NCBI GenBank assembly: GCA_963676635.1
Contig: OY781105.1
Location: 4,173,138 to 4,237,137, forward strand
Origin: Bacteroidales bacterium
GTDB lineage: Bacteria > Bacteroidota > Bacteroidia > Bacteroidales > F082
DNA: 64,000 nt
Direction: 5' to 3'
Shown here: in pieces, positions 39,654 through 49,800 of the stretch
How the letters are laid out: the number at the start of each line of letters is the position of its first letter
How positions within the stretch are numbered: position 1 is the stretch's first letter
Made by a program: the position numbers and the translations under genes
Notes under the pieces: model-generated
Told to the model about the DNA's origin: nothing
The model's database searches: none
Seen by the model: only the letters and a program-made list of their open reading frames with translations

Positions 39654-42600
39654 ATGAGAATACTTTGGAGATTAGCAGTAGCACTGATTTGCTTTTTCCC
39701 TTTGGCGATAATAGCGCAATCATCGCTACCAACTACGGGAGATAATACTACACCGAAATGGGTGAAAATGATAAAAGATATGGACGCTAATTTTTATGAT
39801 ATTAAAAAGGAGGCTGATTCGTATTTTGAAACTCATCCGAAAGGGAAGGGTAGTGGATGGAAACAATATAAGAGATGGGAATATTTTACCGAACAGCGTG
39901 TATATCCTTCAGGTAACAGAATTAACCATTCCCAGTTATGGAATGAGATGGGTAAATTTAAGGATAATGAAAACAATAGAAGAACTATTTCAGCTTCAGA
40001 CTGGACTTGTTTGGGACCTGCAAATTCTACTAATGTTACCGGACACTGGAACCCCGGGCTTGGCCGTATTAATGTTATTGCTGTTGATCCTGATGACAGT
40101 AATATTATTTATGTTGGTACGCCTTCCGGCGGATTGTGGAAGACAACTGACGAAGGTGAAAACTGGAATTGTCTTACTGATGACCTTCCGGTGATGGGTG
40201 TCTCTGCCCTTGCCATTGACCCAGATAATACCAATATTGTTTACGCAGGAACTGGTGATAAGGATGCCGATGATAACTATAGTATAGGGGTACTTAAATC
40301 GATCAACGGTGGTGAAACATGGAATACCACCGGCCTTACATGGACTATCTATGAAAATAATACTATTTCACGACTATTAATTAATCCTGATAATCCTGAT
40401 ATTTTATTCGCTGCCACTACAAATGGTGTATTTAAAACCACTGATGCAGGTGATAACTGGTATCAGGTTCAAACGGGTGATATTGATGATATGGAGTTTA
40501 AACCCGGTGATCCTAACACATTATATGCCATTACTCCCAGATTTTATAAATCGACAAATGGAGGTGAATCGTTTACAGAGATTAATGGTCTCCCCACTTC
40601 CAGTCGGGCACAAATTGCCGTTAGTGATGATAATCCTGATTATGTTTACTATTTTTCATCAGGCTCGGGCATTTACAGGTCTGAGAACAGCGGCGATAGC
40701 TTTGTTTTTCGCTCATCGCAGCCAACACAGGGTAGTCAGGCATGGTATGATCTTGCAATGTGTGTGTCGCCACTGGATGCCGATGAGGTCCATATTGGTG
40801 AGATAAATACATGGAAGTCAGTTAATGGTGGCTCAACATGGTCGAAGACAACCGACTGGACATGGGGTAATCCCATTGGTTATACTCATTGTGATATCCA
40901 TGAGATGGTTTTCTTTGGAGGTACTCTCTATATTGGTAGCGACGGACTTGTTTCCAAATCTACTGATGGTGCTGCTTCGTTTACTGACTTGAGCCAGGGA
41001 CTGGTAATTCGTCAGTTTTACAAAATTGGTACATCTAAAAATGATCCTTATAAGATAATGGGTGGTGCTCAGGATAATGGTACCAGCGTTTACACAACGG
41101 ATTACTGGCATGAATGGCTTGGAGCTGATGGTATGGAGTGTGTGGTGGATTATTCCAATAGCGATATTGTTTATGGTACTTCCCAGAATGGCAACTTTTA
41201 TAAGAGCATAAATGGTGGTAGTAATGGTAATGTTAATATTGCTCAGCCCGGTGGTGGTAACTGGGTGACACCGTTTGTGATTCATCCTGATAATCCACAA
41301 ACTCTTTATGTTGGGTCTTCTGAAGTGAGAAAAACAGAGGATGGCATGCAGAGTTGGACGACTATCTCTAATTTAGGGCTAGGTGACCTCAATTGTGTTG
41401 CTATTTCTGAATCCAATGGTGATTATCTATATGTTTCAAAAGAAGATAATATCTACAGGACTATGAATGGTGGTGATAGCTGGGCAAATATTTCTGAAGG
41501 ACTGCCTGCGCTTTCTATAACATATATTGCTGTTCATCCTGAAAATCCTGAGGTAATAGCCGTAAGCTTTAGCGGATATACTAATGGTGAGAAGGTTTAT
41601 ATTTCATACGATGGTGGTGAAAGCTGGGAGAATTATTCTAAGAATCTACCTAATATACCGGCCAACTGTGTGGCTTTCTATGTGGGAAGCTTAAATCCTC
41701 TGTATGTTGGTATGGATGTAGGTGTTTATTATATCGATAATCTTCTGGATAACTGGTCGGAATATATGACTGGACTACCAAATGTTATTGTTAATGAACT
41801 TGAAATTAACATAGATGCCAAATTGATACGTGCTGCTACGTATGGACGAGGATTGTGGGAGTCGCCTGTATATATGAATGCTCCTTCAGCAGATTTCAGT
41901 GCTTACCAGACTACTATTCCTATTGGATGTGCCAACAGCTTTACAAGTCTGGCTGTTGGTCCTCCGGAGACTTTCGAATGGACTTTTGAAGGTGGAAGCC
42001 CTTCTTCTTCAACTGATGTTAATCCTACCGGAATTGTTTATGATACAGAAGGTAGTTACGATGTTAAGCTTATTGTTACCAATGAGTTGGGGTCGGATAC
42101 TTTGTTAAGAGAGGATTATATTACTGTAAGCAGTACCTTACTGCCTGAGTCTGATTTTATTTCCAGCGACTCTATTGCATGCAGCAATGTTGGTATTGTA
42201 TTTACTGATTTAACCACAAATTGTCCGGAATCATGGAGCTGGAGCTTTGAACCATCTACTGTTGTTTTTGTTGAAGGAACAGATGCATCTTCACAGAATC
42301 CTGTGGTGGAATTTGAATCTGGTGTATATACTGTGACTTTAACGACGTCAAATAGTGTGGGAAGCCAGACTACCGTTAAGGAATCATATATACGTGCCGG
42401 TGGTACTCCACTACCGTTTTCTGAAACATATGAGGTTGAAAGTATGGATGAAATAGGATGGGTTGTTGATAATCCTGATGAGTCTGTTACCTGGGATATC
42501 GCTACTGTAGCTGGTAATTCTCCTGGTGATAAGGCAGCCTGGATGGATTTTATGAATTATCCTAAATTCGGTCAACGTGATAGAATGATTAGTCCTGTTC

Positions 42601-43226
42601 TTGATTTCAGTGGCTTCTCAACACTGGACATGCTATTCGAGCATGCCTATGCACAACGTGGCTCATTGGTTGATTCACTAATTGTGTACATCAGTTCCGA
42701 CTGTGGCGAAAACTGGGAAAGAATATTTGCAGGCGGCCCCGATGGTACAGGTGTTTTTGCAACTGCAGAGCCAACTACGGATTTGTTTGTGCCTCAAACA
42801 AGTGACGACTGGTGTGGCAATGGTTATGGTAGTATCTGTAACATTATCAATCTGGATGAATGGGCTGGTATGCAGAATGTGAAGATTATGTTTGAGTCGT
42901 ACTGTCGTTTTGGTAACAGTCTTTATATTGACAATGTAGAAATTAGTAATCATGTAGGTGTTGGTGAGGATAATCAGGAAATTGATCTGGCTATCGTTCC
43001 AAATCCAAATAATGGTGTGTTCAGTCTTGTTAGCAGCCAGCCGTGTAATAAAGCTGTTATTACAGTAAGGGATATTAATGGTAAGAGTGTTTATACAAAG
43101 AGTATTTCACAGCCTGTTGATGGTTTTTCTGAAACAATTGATATTTCTAATGTTGCTGGTGGATTCTATTTTGTTGAAGTCAGGACAGAGAATTATTCTT
43201 ATGTGAAGAAGGTGGTTGTGAATTAG
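39654..43226 (+). CDS. Asp-box (BNR) beta-propeller protein with PKD domains, a choice-of-anchor-J/MAM-like domain and a T9SS type A sorting domain
   Basis: Signal peptide. At least 10 Asp-boxes (TTDEGENW, SINGGETW, TTDAGDNW, SVNGGSTW, TEDGMQSW, TMNGGDSW, SYDGGESW...). Two PKD-like units. C-terminus IVPNPNNGVFSL...GFYFVEVRT...KVVVN. Confidence 0.85.
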   Translation: MRILWRLAVALICFFPLAIIAQSSLPTTGDNTTPKWVKMIKDMDANFYDIKKEADSYFETHPKGKGSGWKQYKRWEYFTEQRVYPSGNRINHSQLWNEMGKFKDNENNRRTISASDWTCLGPANSTNVTGHWNPGLGRINVIAVDPDDSNIIYVGTPSGGLWKTTDEGENWNCLTDDLPVMGVSALAIDPDNTNIVYAGTGDKDADDNYSIGVLKSINGGETWNTTGLTWTIYENNTISRLLINPDNPDILFAATTNGVFKTTDAGDNWYQVQTGDIDDMEFKPGDPNTLYAITPRFYKSTNGGESFTEINGLPTSSRAQIAVSDDNPDYVYYFSSGSGIYRSENSGDSFVFRSSQPTQGSQAWYDLAMCVSPLDADEVHIGEINTWKSVNGGSTWSKTTDWTWGNPIGYTHCDIHEMVFFGGTLYIGSDGLVSKSTDGAASFTDLSQGLVIRQFYKIGTSKNDPYKIMGGAQDNGTSVYTTDYWHEWLGADGMECVVDYSNSDIVYGTSQNGNFYKSINGGSNGNVNIAQPGGGNWVTPFVIHPDNPQTLYVGSSEVRKTEDGMQSWTTISNLGLGDLNCVAISESNGDYLYVSKEDNIYRTMNGGDSWANISEGLPALSITYIAVHPENPEVIAVSFSGYTNGEKVYISYDGGESWENYSKNLPNIPANCVAFYVGSLNPLYVGMDVGVYYIDNLLDNWSEYMTGLPNVIVNELEINIDAKLIRAATYGRGLWESPVYMNAPSADFSAYQTTIPIGCANSFTSLAVGPPETFEWTFEGGSPSSSTDVNPTGIVYDTEGSYDVKLIVTNELGSDTLLREDYITVSSTLLPESDFISSDSIACSNVGIVFTDLTTNCPESWSWSFEPSTVVFVEGTDASSQNPVVEFESGVYTVTLTTSNSVGSQTTVKESYIRAGGTPLPFSETYEVESMDEIGWVVDNPDESVTWDIATVAGNSPGDKAAWMDFMNYPKFGQRDRMISPVLDFSGFSTLDMLFEHAYAQRGSLVDSLIVYISSDCGENWERIFAGGPDGTGVFATAEPTTDLFVPQTSDDWCGNGYGSICNIINLDEWAGMQNVKIMFESYCRFGNSLYIDNVEISNHVGVGEDNQEIDLAIVPNPNNGVFSLVSSQPCNKAVITVRDINGKSVYTKSISQPVDGFSETIDISNVAGGFYFVEVRTENYSYVKKVVVN

Positions 43227-43434
43227 ATATAGTCTGCTTTTTAAGTCACAACAATTACTAAAAATATGTAGTGTTTGAACCATAATGTTTCTTTCGGTGT
43301 TTCGGGAGAAATATTATGGACAAATACTTTTATAGATAGCGCGAATCTTTTGACTAGTGTTTTACGTATATACGTGCTTTGTATGCATACTCATAATACA
43401 TCAATCTATCTAACAACAGATGAAGTAGCAGATT

Positions 43435-43527
43435 GCAAGGCGGCTTTGAGCAAAACGTTTTAACGTTTTTTTATTTATAGGGAATCAATAAAATCGCCAA
43501 GGCAATTTTTGCTCAAAGCCGCAAGGC
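43435..43527. repeat. 15-bp perfect inverted repeat with a 51-nt spacer
   Basis: CGGCTTTGAGCAAAA (43441-43455) pairs with TTTTGCTCAAAGCCG (43507-43521). Both arms are flanked by gcaagg(c) in direct orientation. Confidence 0.6.
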
Positions 43528-43883
43528 TTTTCATTACAATTGTGTTAGTATGAGGAAACCCTCCTACGCCAAGGCTTCGGCAAGCGAGGCAAAAAATCAA
43601 GGGCTTCTTCTGCTTAAGTATATTTTTATCGTGTTGCGTAAGTTCAATGGAGTGATCTCCTCGTTCCTCGGAGCTTCTCCATTTCTCTAACGCTACACTT
43701 CTAAAAATACACTTAACCAAAAGAGGCCCACCGTTCCCAACTCCGGTAGTTCAGACTATTAATATAGATGCGGCTGGGTGGGTATTGGAGCATTGTGGGA
43801 TTTTTGGGGTATTAACCCTACCGAATCTTCTTTCGGAGAACGATCTTCATGATTAACACGGTACTGCGTGGTGGCCATGTCAA

Positions 43884-43965
43884 AAATGGCGAGCAGAGTT
43901 GAGGGGTTTATCTCACTGCAGCTAATGTACTTTACATTCAATCTTTTTCATTTAATCTACGTTCA
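43884..43965 (-). repeat. Degenerate, inverted copy of the left part of the hairpin element
   Basis: The reverse complement reads gtagattaaatgaaaaagattgaatgtaaagtac...gtgagataaacccctc. Copies 3 and 5 read gtgtagattgattgc.a.agattgaatgtaaggtacgagagctaaaatgagataaaccc. Confidence 0.55.
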
Positions 43966-44102
43966 GCGATGGTTTTTCTTAAATTATTCGCAACGCATAA
44001 CCCACAAAAACAGGCCAGGCTTTCAGCCTTAAGCGGTTTTAATAGTTACTTCTTTCAGAAGGTTACGGGATTTCCTATCTCTACCTGATCCTTGGGAGAT
44101 CT

Positions 44103-44218
44103 CCCACTGAGCGTAGTTTCATCCGCCTTGGCGTAAGACATGTGTACCTACGTTCGCCTATCAAAAAAAAACAATGAGAGCAGTTATTATTCAGAATTAT
44201 ATTTATAGTATTTGTGGA
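44103..44218 (+). repeat. Structured hairpin element, copy 1
   Basis: cccactGAGCGTAGTTtcatccgccttggcgtaagacatgtgtACCTACGTTCgcctatcaaaaaaaaacaatgagagcagttattattcagaat...tatttgtgg. Confidence 0.8.
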
Positions 44219-44500
44219 GGCCTATGCCCTGACTGAACGGTTTTGAATAAAAATCTTACTGAAAACAGAACCGGAACTCCCAATATATTAACTAAAATAA
44301 TCAGGCAATATAATCCGGCGCTGCATAACCTACCTTCTTTCCTTTTATAAATCAATCTAAAAGTATTTAAAACCCATGGATTCGTGTCTGGATTCGTTCA
44401 ACACGGTCTTCAAACCTGGTACTGGGTGCTTTTAGAAGACTTATTTATTAGGCACAGGTTGTTTTTGTTATTTCTATTTATCTTATATTACAAGCTATTA

Positions 44501-46804
44501 TTATCTTATAACAAGTTTCTTAGTTTTCATTAATATTTCATTCTCTGAAATAGTTACGTAGTAAATCCCTGGTAATACTTTTGATCCATTACTAGTTAAA
44601 TCCCATATTGTACGAATAATGCCGGATTCAACTTTGCCAGATAATATCGTAGCAACTCTTTGACCGTTTTGGTTATATATTTCAATATTTAATCTATTCG
44701 AGCCTGAGGTTTTTACTTCAATATCAACTGAAATGGATGCGGGATTTGGAGAAAGCAATAGTACCTCTTCTTCTGTATCTGATACAATTTCAGGAATATC
44801 TACTGTAGGGTTCCACTCATAAGCACCCATATCAATGGTTTCTCCATAAATACGAGGGTTACCGGCAAGGTCTGTTTCAGGTAACTGTATCCAATCTGGT
44901 ATTATTTCAAGTGATCCTGCATCAATACAAGGCGAATTATTAGCCAGGTTATAAGGAAAATCAGGCCCTGCATAAAACAAAGGATCCGTGTCAATATTTG
45001 ACTCTCCATAAAACACATTATTTTGACCATAGAGAAGGTTTATATTATCCTCTCCACCATCAAACAAAGAATTTTCTACATAAAAATTGGACTCACCTGT
45101 ATAATCAGGAGTAAACATATATGCAGATCTATATTGGTTATTAAACACAATAGAGTTATACAATTTATGTGTTGAACCATACGTAATACTAAGTGCTGCG
45201 GCCTGAGAATTATTGGAAGTGTTATCGGCAAATGTACAATTAATAGCATTTGAATTTAAAACACCATATGTACCTAAACCGATTGAGCCTGCTCCATTTC
45301 CTATATCTTTTGTATAATTATCCACAAATAAACAGTTTATTACTACGCACTCATCCAGGTAGGGGTCATTTATCCCACTACTAATCGACAACCCTCCACC
45401 AATATGATACTCATCGTTACCTACTGCATTGTTTCTAATAAATCTGCAATTTGTAACGTATGTTGTATCTTGATAGCCAAGGAAAAAATCTCCATGTGAA
45501 ACAGCTAAAGCTCTACCATAATTATCAATAAAATCACAATTATCAATTCTGAAATTATTTGAACCTACAACTTCACCATTTGCCAATCTTTTTCCAGTAT
45601 TGGAGGTGAATAAAATGTTAGTTAAAGAAGCGTTTATATTTTTCTCTATCATTAGGCTACCCATACCATAGGGTGCATTTTTATCTCCATTACCGTTTGT
45701 AAGAGTGATATTGCTGATATTATAATTGTTAGCAAAATATATGCCTGAAAGATGATATATCTCATCTTCGGCATCAAGAATAGTTCCATCTCTTGATTCA
45801 CCTCTAATAGACACATCCCTCTTTAGGCTTAATGGAAATTTTTCTCCGTTTGTGAAAGAATAGATACCATCGGCAAGTATAATAGTATCCGGGCTAATAC
45901 TATCACTTTTCATCCTTAAAAGTGCACTCCAAATATTTTTAAGCGGGTCATCAGGTGTAAGTCCGCTGTTATTGTTATCCCCATTGTTTGAAACATAAAT
46001 ATTTTCTGTTGTCTGGTCAAGTTTTCCGTTTAGTATTTCCCAAGAAAGTGTATTACCAGGTATTAGTGTATCATAAGCTTTTGAAAAAAGATGATAATAA
46101 TCAGGGGCAATAACCGTAAAAGTATCAACAACAACATGAGTATAAATATATGGAGGCGCTGTAGCATAATAAATATCTGTCCCGATAGCTGCAACGTTGT
46201 TATAAATATTACATAAGTTTATTGTATCGAATAAACAAGTACTCCCAAGCAACCTCATTCCACCGCCACTGCGATATGCTGAATTGTCCCTGATTGTTGT
46301 GTTTGAAATGAAAATATTTGCAGATCTGGCATTTATACCACCACCGCTACCTGAAACAAAATTTTCTTCAATGACACAATTTAAAATATCCAAATCTGCT
46401 TCTTCCACATAAATACCACCACCATTTATTGCACCAGATAGTGATCCTGTTCCATTTCTCAGTACGAATCCGTTAACCACAATTTTTGAAAGACTATTAT
46501 ATATATTAATACATCCTCCCGCTTGATTGCCATCAATAATTGTTTGATGAATATATTCAAGGTTGCCAGTTGTTAAAGTAAGGCTGCCAAGTGCAATATT
46601 TTTTTCAATTATCTCAAGGTTCTCGAAATAAGTACCCGGATACACAAGTACTGTATCGCCATTCTCAGATGCATCGATTGCATGTTGAATTATGGTAAAA
46701 TCACCGGTCCCGTCTTGTTTTACCGTTAGTATGCTTGAAAACCCATCTATAGATAATAGAATTATGAATACCAGAAGTAAATAACAACGTCCTATCTCAT
46801 TCAT
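44501..46804 (-). CDS. Right-handed parallel beta-helix (choice-of-anchor-Q-like) protein with T9SS type A sorting domain
   Basis: 767 aa. N-terminus LTVKQDGTGDFTIIQHAIDASENGDTVLVYPGTYFENL, repeated N..A...GGG beta-helix rungs, and C-terminus LSPNPASISVDIEV...GIYYVTISE...KKLVIR. Confidence 0.75.
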   Translation of the reverse strand: MNEIGRCYLLLVFIILLSIDGFSSILTVKQDGTGDFTIIQHAIDASENGDTVLVYPGTYFENLEIIEKNIALGSLTLTTGNLEYIHQTIIDGNQAGGCINIYNSLSKIVVNGFVLRNGTGSLSGAINGGGIYVEEADLDILNCVIEENFVSGSGGGINARSANIFISNTTIRDNSAYRSGGGMRLLGSTCLFDTINLCNIYNNVAAIGTDIYYATAPPYIYTHVVVDTFTVIAPDYYHLFSKAYDTLIPGNTLSWEILNGKLDQTTENIYVSNNGDNNNSGLTPDDPLKNIWSALLRMKSDSISPDTIILADGIYSFTNGEKFPLSLKRDVSIRGESRDGTILDAEDEIYHLSGIYFANNYNISNITLTNGNGDKNAPYGMGSLMIEKNINASLTNILFTSNTGKRLANGEVVGSNNFRIDNCDFIDNYGRALAVSHGDFFLGYQDTTYVTNCRFIRNNAVGNDEYHIGGGLSISSGINDPYLDECVVINCLFVDNYTKDIGNGAGSIGLGTYGVLNSNAINCTFADNTSNNSQAAALSITYGSTHKLYNSIVFNNQYRSAYMFTPDYTGESNFYVENSLFDGGEDNINLLYGQNNVFYGESNIDTDPLFYAGPDFPYNLANNSPCIDAGSLEIIPDWIQLPETDLAGNPRIYGETIDMGAYEWNPTVDIPEIVSDTEEEVLLLSPNPASISVDIEVKTSGSNRLNIEIYNQNGQRVATILSGKVESGIIRTIWDLTSNGSKVLPGIYYVTISENEILMKTKKLVIR

Positions 46805-46869
46805 TGTATTAGTTTTATAGTAAATCCCCGGAATATGTTAGAATGACACAAACCGGCGACAAAATCAGT

Positions 46870-49800
46870 TTATTGAATTATTAGTTTTTTGTTTACAGTA
46901 TTATTATTTATTGCAAGTTTTACAATATAAACCCCTTTATTAATTTTTTTGCCACACACTGAAAGACCCCAGGTGAAGGATTTTAGGCCTGTAGTTTGTT
47001 GGCAGTTAAACAATGTTGCCAGAAATCTTCCGGTTCCATCGTATACGGTTATATTTACATTTGCATTGTTCTCAACGCTATATTTAATATTAACACTATT
47101 ACCAGCCGGGTTAGGGTAAATACTAAAATCCAATTCACTGTTATAATCGGGTTCAGTATTGCTCTCATTTCTGAATGAAACTTTGTAAATACTACTATTT
47201 TCAGCAGGATGAATGGATCTTGTTTCGTATATTCCCTTATTCCTGTTATAAACATCGTATTTGCGAATTATCTTCTTCTGAGAGGACTTCGCACTTGTCC
47301 ATGTTTGGAATGTAATACAATCACCTGTTAGTCCATCGGTATAGGCTTTTATCCCAACAAGGGTATCATCAGATGAAACTATGCAGGCTCCTACGCAAGA
47401 ATCACCAATAAATGCACCAATCTCATCAATTGTTTCTGTTGTGTCGAGTAATACAACAATTGGGTCATAGTCAGCAGTTTCAGAATACACAAAGTTCTGT
47501 GTAATTTCTTCTTCTATTTCAGCATTTCTTGTGCCATACTGTACCCAGCTAAATGTATAACTTTCAGGGAGCAGGTCGGTATTAATAACTATCATATCAC
47601 CATAGTCGATATTATGTACAAGGTTATCACATATCCACCCCGTATTAGCGGGCACAGGATTCCCGGGATTGCGTGCAGGACCATCATAAAAACAAAACCA
47701 GTCTTCTCCCTGTATGGAGTTTGTATACCAGAGTACTTCACCAAGTGCGTCCAGTACATCCTGTTCTTTATGAATAAAGTAGCCTACCCAGTTTGGCTTT
47801 CGCTCGAATAGTGGGATTTGAGTAGTAGTAGGTATTACATCACCATACATCTTAATGTATTTATTTTGAGACTCTGTTGTTCCAGGATATAGCAAATCTA
47901 ATTTATAGCCCCTTTCACTATAAATGCCACCTATTTCTGATGGCGTTGGCCATTCAGAACCATCAAAATTGCTGAAAAAATATTGATCATATCCTGGGGG
48001 TAAGTTAAGAAGCTTACTATCTTCTTGATAATCTTGAGGAACAATATTACCAGAAAGAACACTATTTATGGAGGGTGATGTTGGTGCACCTTGTTGGTAA
48101 AGCCGTGGTATAGAAATCCAATCATATTCATTATTATTTAACAACAATAATTCTTTAGCTTCAAAATCAACTACACTAACCTTTGAATGAGCTCCGTTGG
48201 GTAAATAAATCTTATTTTGGTATGGATCTATGGTAGGAGTTGTAAGGTTGTAGTTGAAAAACTTAATAAGTTCATCAACATAGTGATCATATTCAACATA
48301 ATAGCTGGTTATTTGAGGTCCATTCCCCACAAATAAATCTATAGTCTCAAATGTGCTGCCTGTAACTGTAGGATCATATACCAGAAGTTTTGATGGCTCA
48401 TCACCCCATTTATCCTGATTAAATTTAGTGTGTACATAAATTTTACCGTTGTATGGATTGTTAAAAAAACTCGCAATTTGACCAGTATAACTACCAATTT
48501 CTGTAATATTAAAACCTGATGGAGATGTTTTATCAATCTGGTAAAATTTTGCAATTCTGTCATGAGTATATTCTCCTGTAGCAGGAGGGGTTTCTGTTTG
48601 ATCAGAAAATGCGAAAACTGAATTTGTATGTTGGTTATATACTATTTCATTAAAATGAATTTGAGAAGTAAAGGCAGCCGATTCTAATGTATTTGTTGCG
48701 CAATCATAATAGGATAAATTATTTGTATAAAAGTCGTTATTTGTAAGTATATACAATGCTCCTTCATAATCTTCAGGGGGCTCTAATAATTCAGGACATA
48801 TAACTTTTCCAGGATCCCTAAGGTTTGCCTCCAGTGTTGTAACCTCACCTGAGTTCGTAATTGATAACAAAAGACCAAATCCAAAAGATGCTGGTATCTC
48901 ACAAACATTTTCTTGAGATATGTATGGGTTTTGTAAAATATAATCATTTTTAACTGTAGCATATACTTTGTGATCATACTGGTTGTAGCAAAATGATGCA
49001 TTGAAATGGCAATCAAGAATGTTTTCAATGTTTGTTAGATCAGCAATTTCAGCTGAAGCATATTGATAATCTGATGCATTAAAAAACATAATACTAGGAT
49101 GGCTATTTGTAGTATTAGTAAATACGCATAGCAAACCATTCGGTGCAACAAACATTTGTTTAGTATAACTTATCCCACTTAATGGTATATCTGTTGGTTC
49201 GAAATTGTTGTCAGAATCTAGTCTGTATATCAAATTTGTGGTATTATCATTTGCTGATATAAGCAAATGATCCTGGAAGGGATTATAAACGATATCACCA
49301 ATTGGAAATTCAACATCAATGGTTGTTTCCAAAGCTCCTTCGCCACCATTTGCCAATGGATCATAAACATAAATTGTGGAGTTTGAATTTGAAATTGTAT
49401 TGTAGAAATAGATTAAATTATTTGTGGGATTATATACTGAATGGTATGCAGGGAAGCCAACTGGTTTGAAATCTGTGTGGTGAATACCGGTTTCATCCTG
49501 ATATGAATTGTATAAACCATTTAATGTATAAGATAAGGCACAGTTATAATCACTCAATACGGCTCCTGTACCAAAAAACGAACCTGGTTTTTCTATTATT
49601 GTTTCAAATTCATATACAGCAGGATCTGGTATTGTGTTATAAGTCACATGTGTCCAATCATTAATACTTCCTAAGTAAAAATCTCCATTGTTGCCCGGAA
49701 CTAGTTTTAAAGGATAATTGTAATAAGGAGAATTCCTATCTTCAGAATAACTATTTGTGTTTAAGTTTAAATCCGTATCGAGGGAAAAACCAGATGAATT

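Noticed and set aside
43227-44500. Scan by eye for tRNA, tmRNA, RNase P, SRP RNA or a riboswitch in the long non-coding gaps (also 5900-6470, 25450-26350, 51010-51940, 60890-63858).
   Set aside because: No T-loop (GTTCGAATC-type), tmRNA tag region or other hallmark motifs were recognised. The absence is by eye only and needs Infernal or tRNAscan to confirm.
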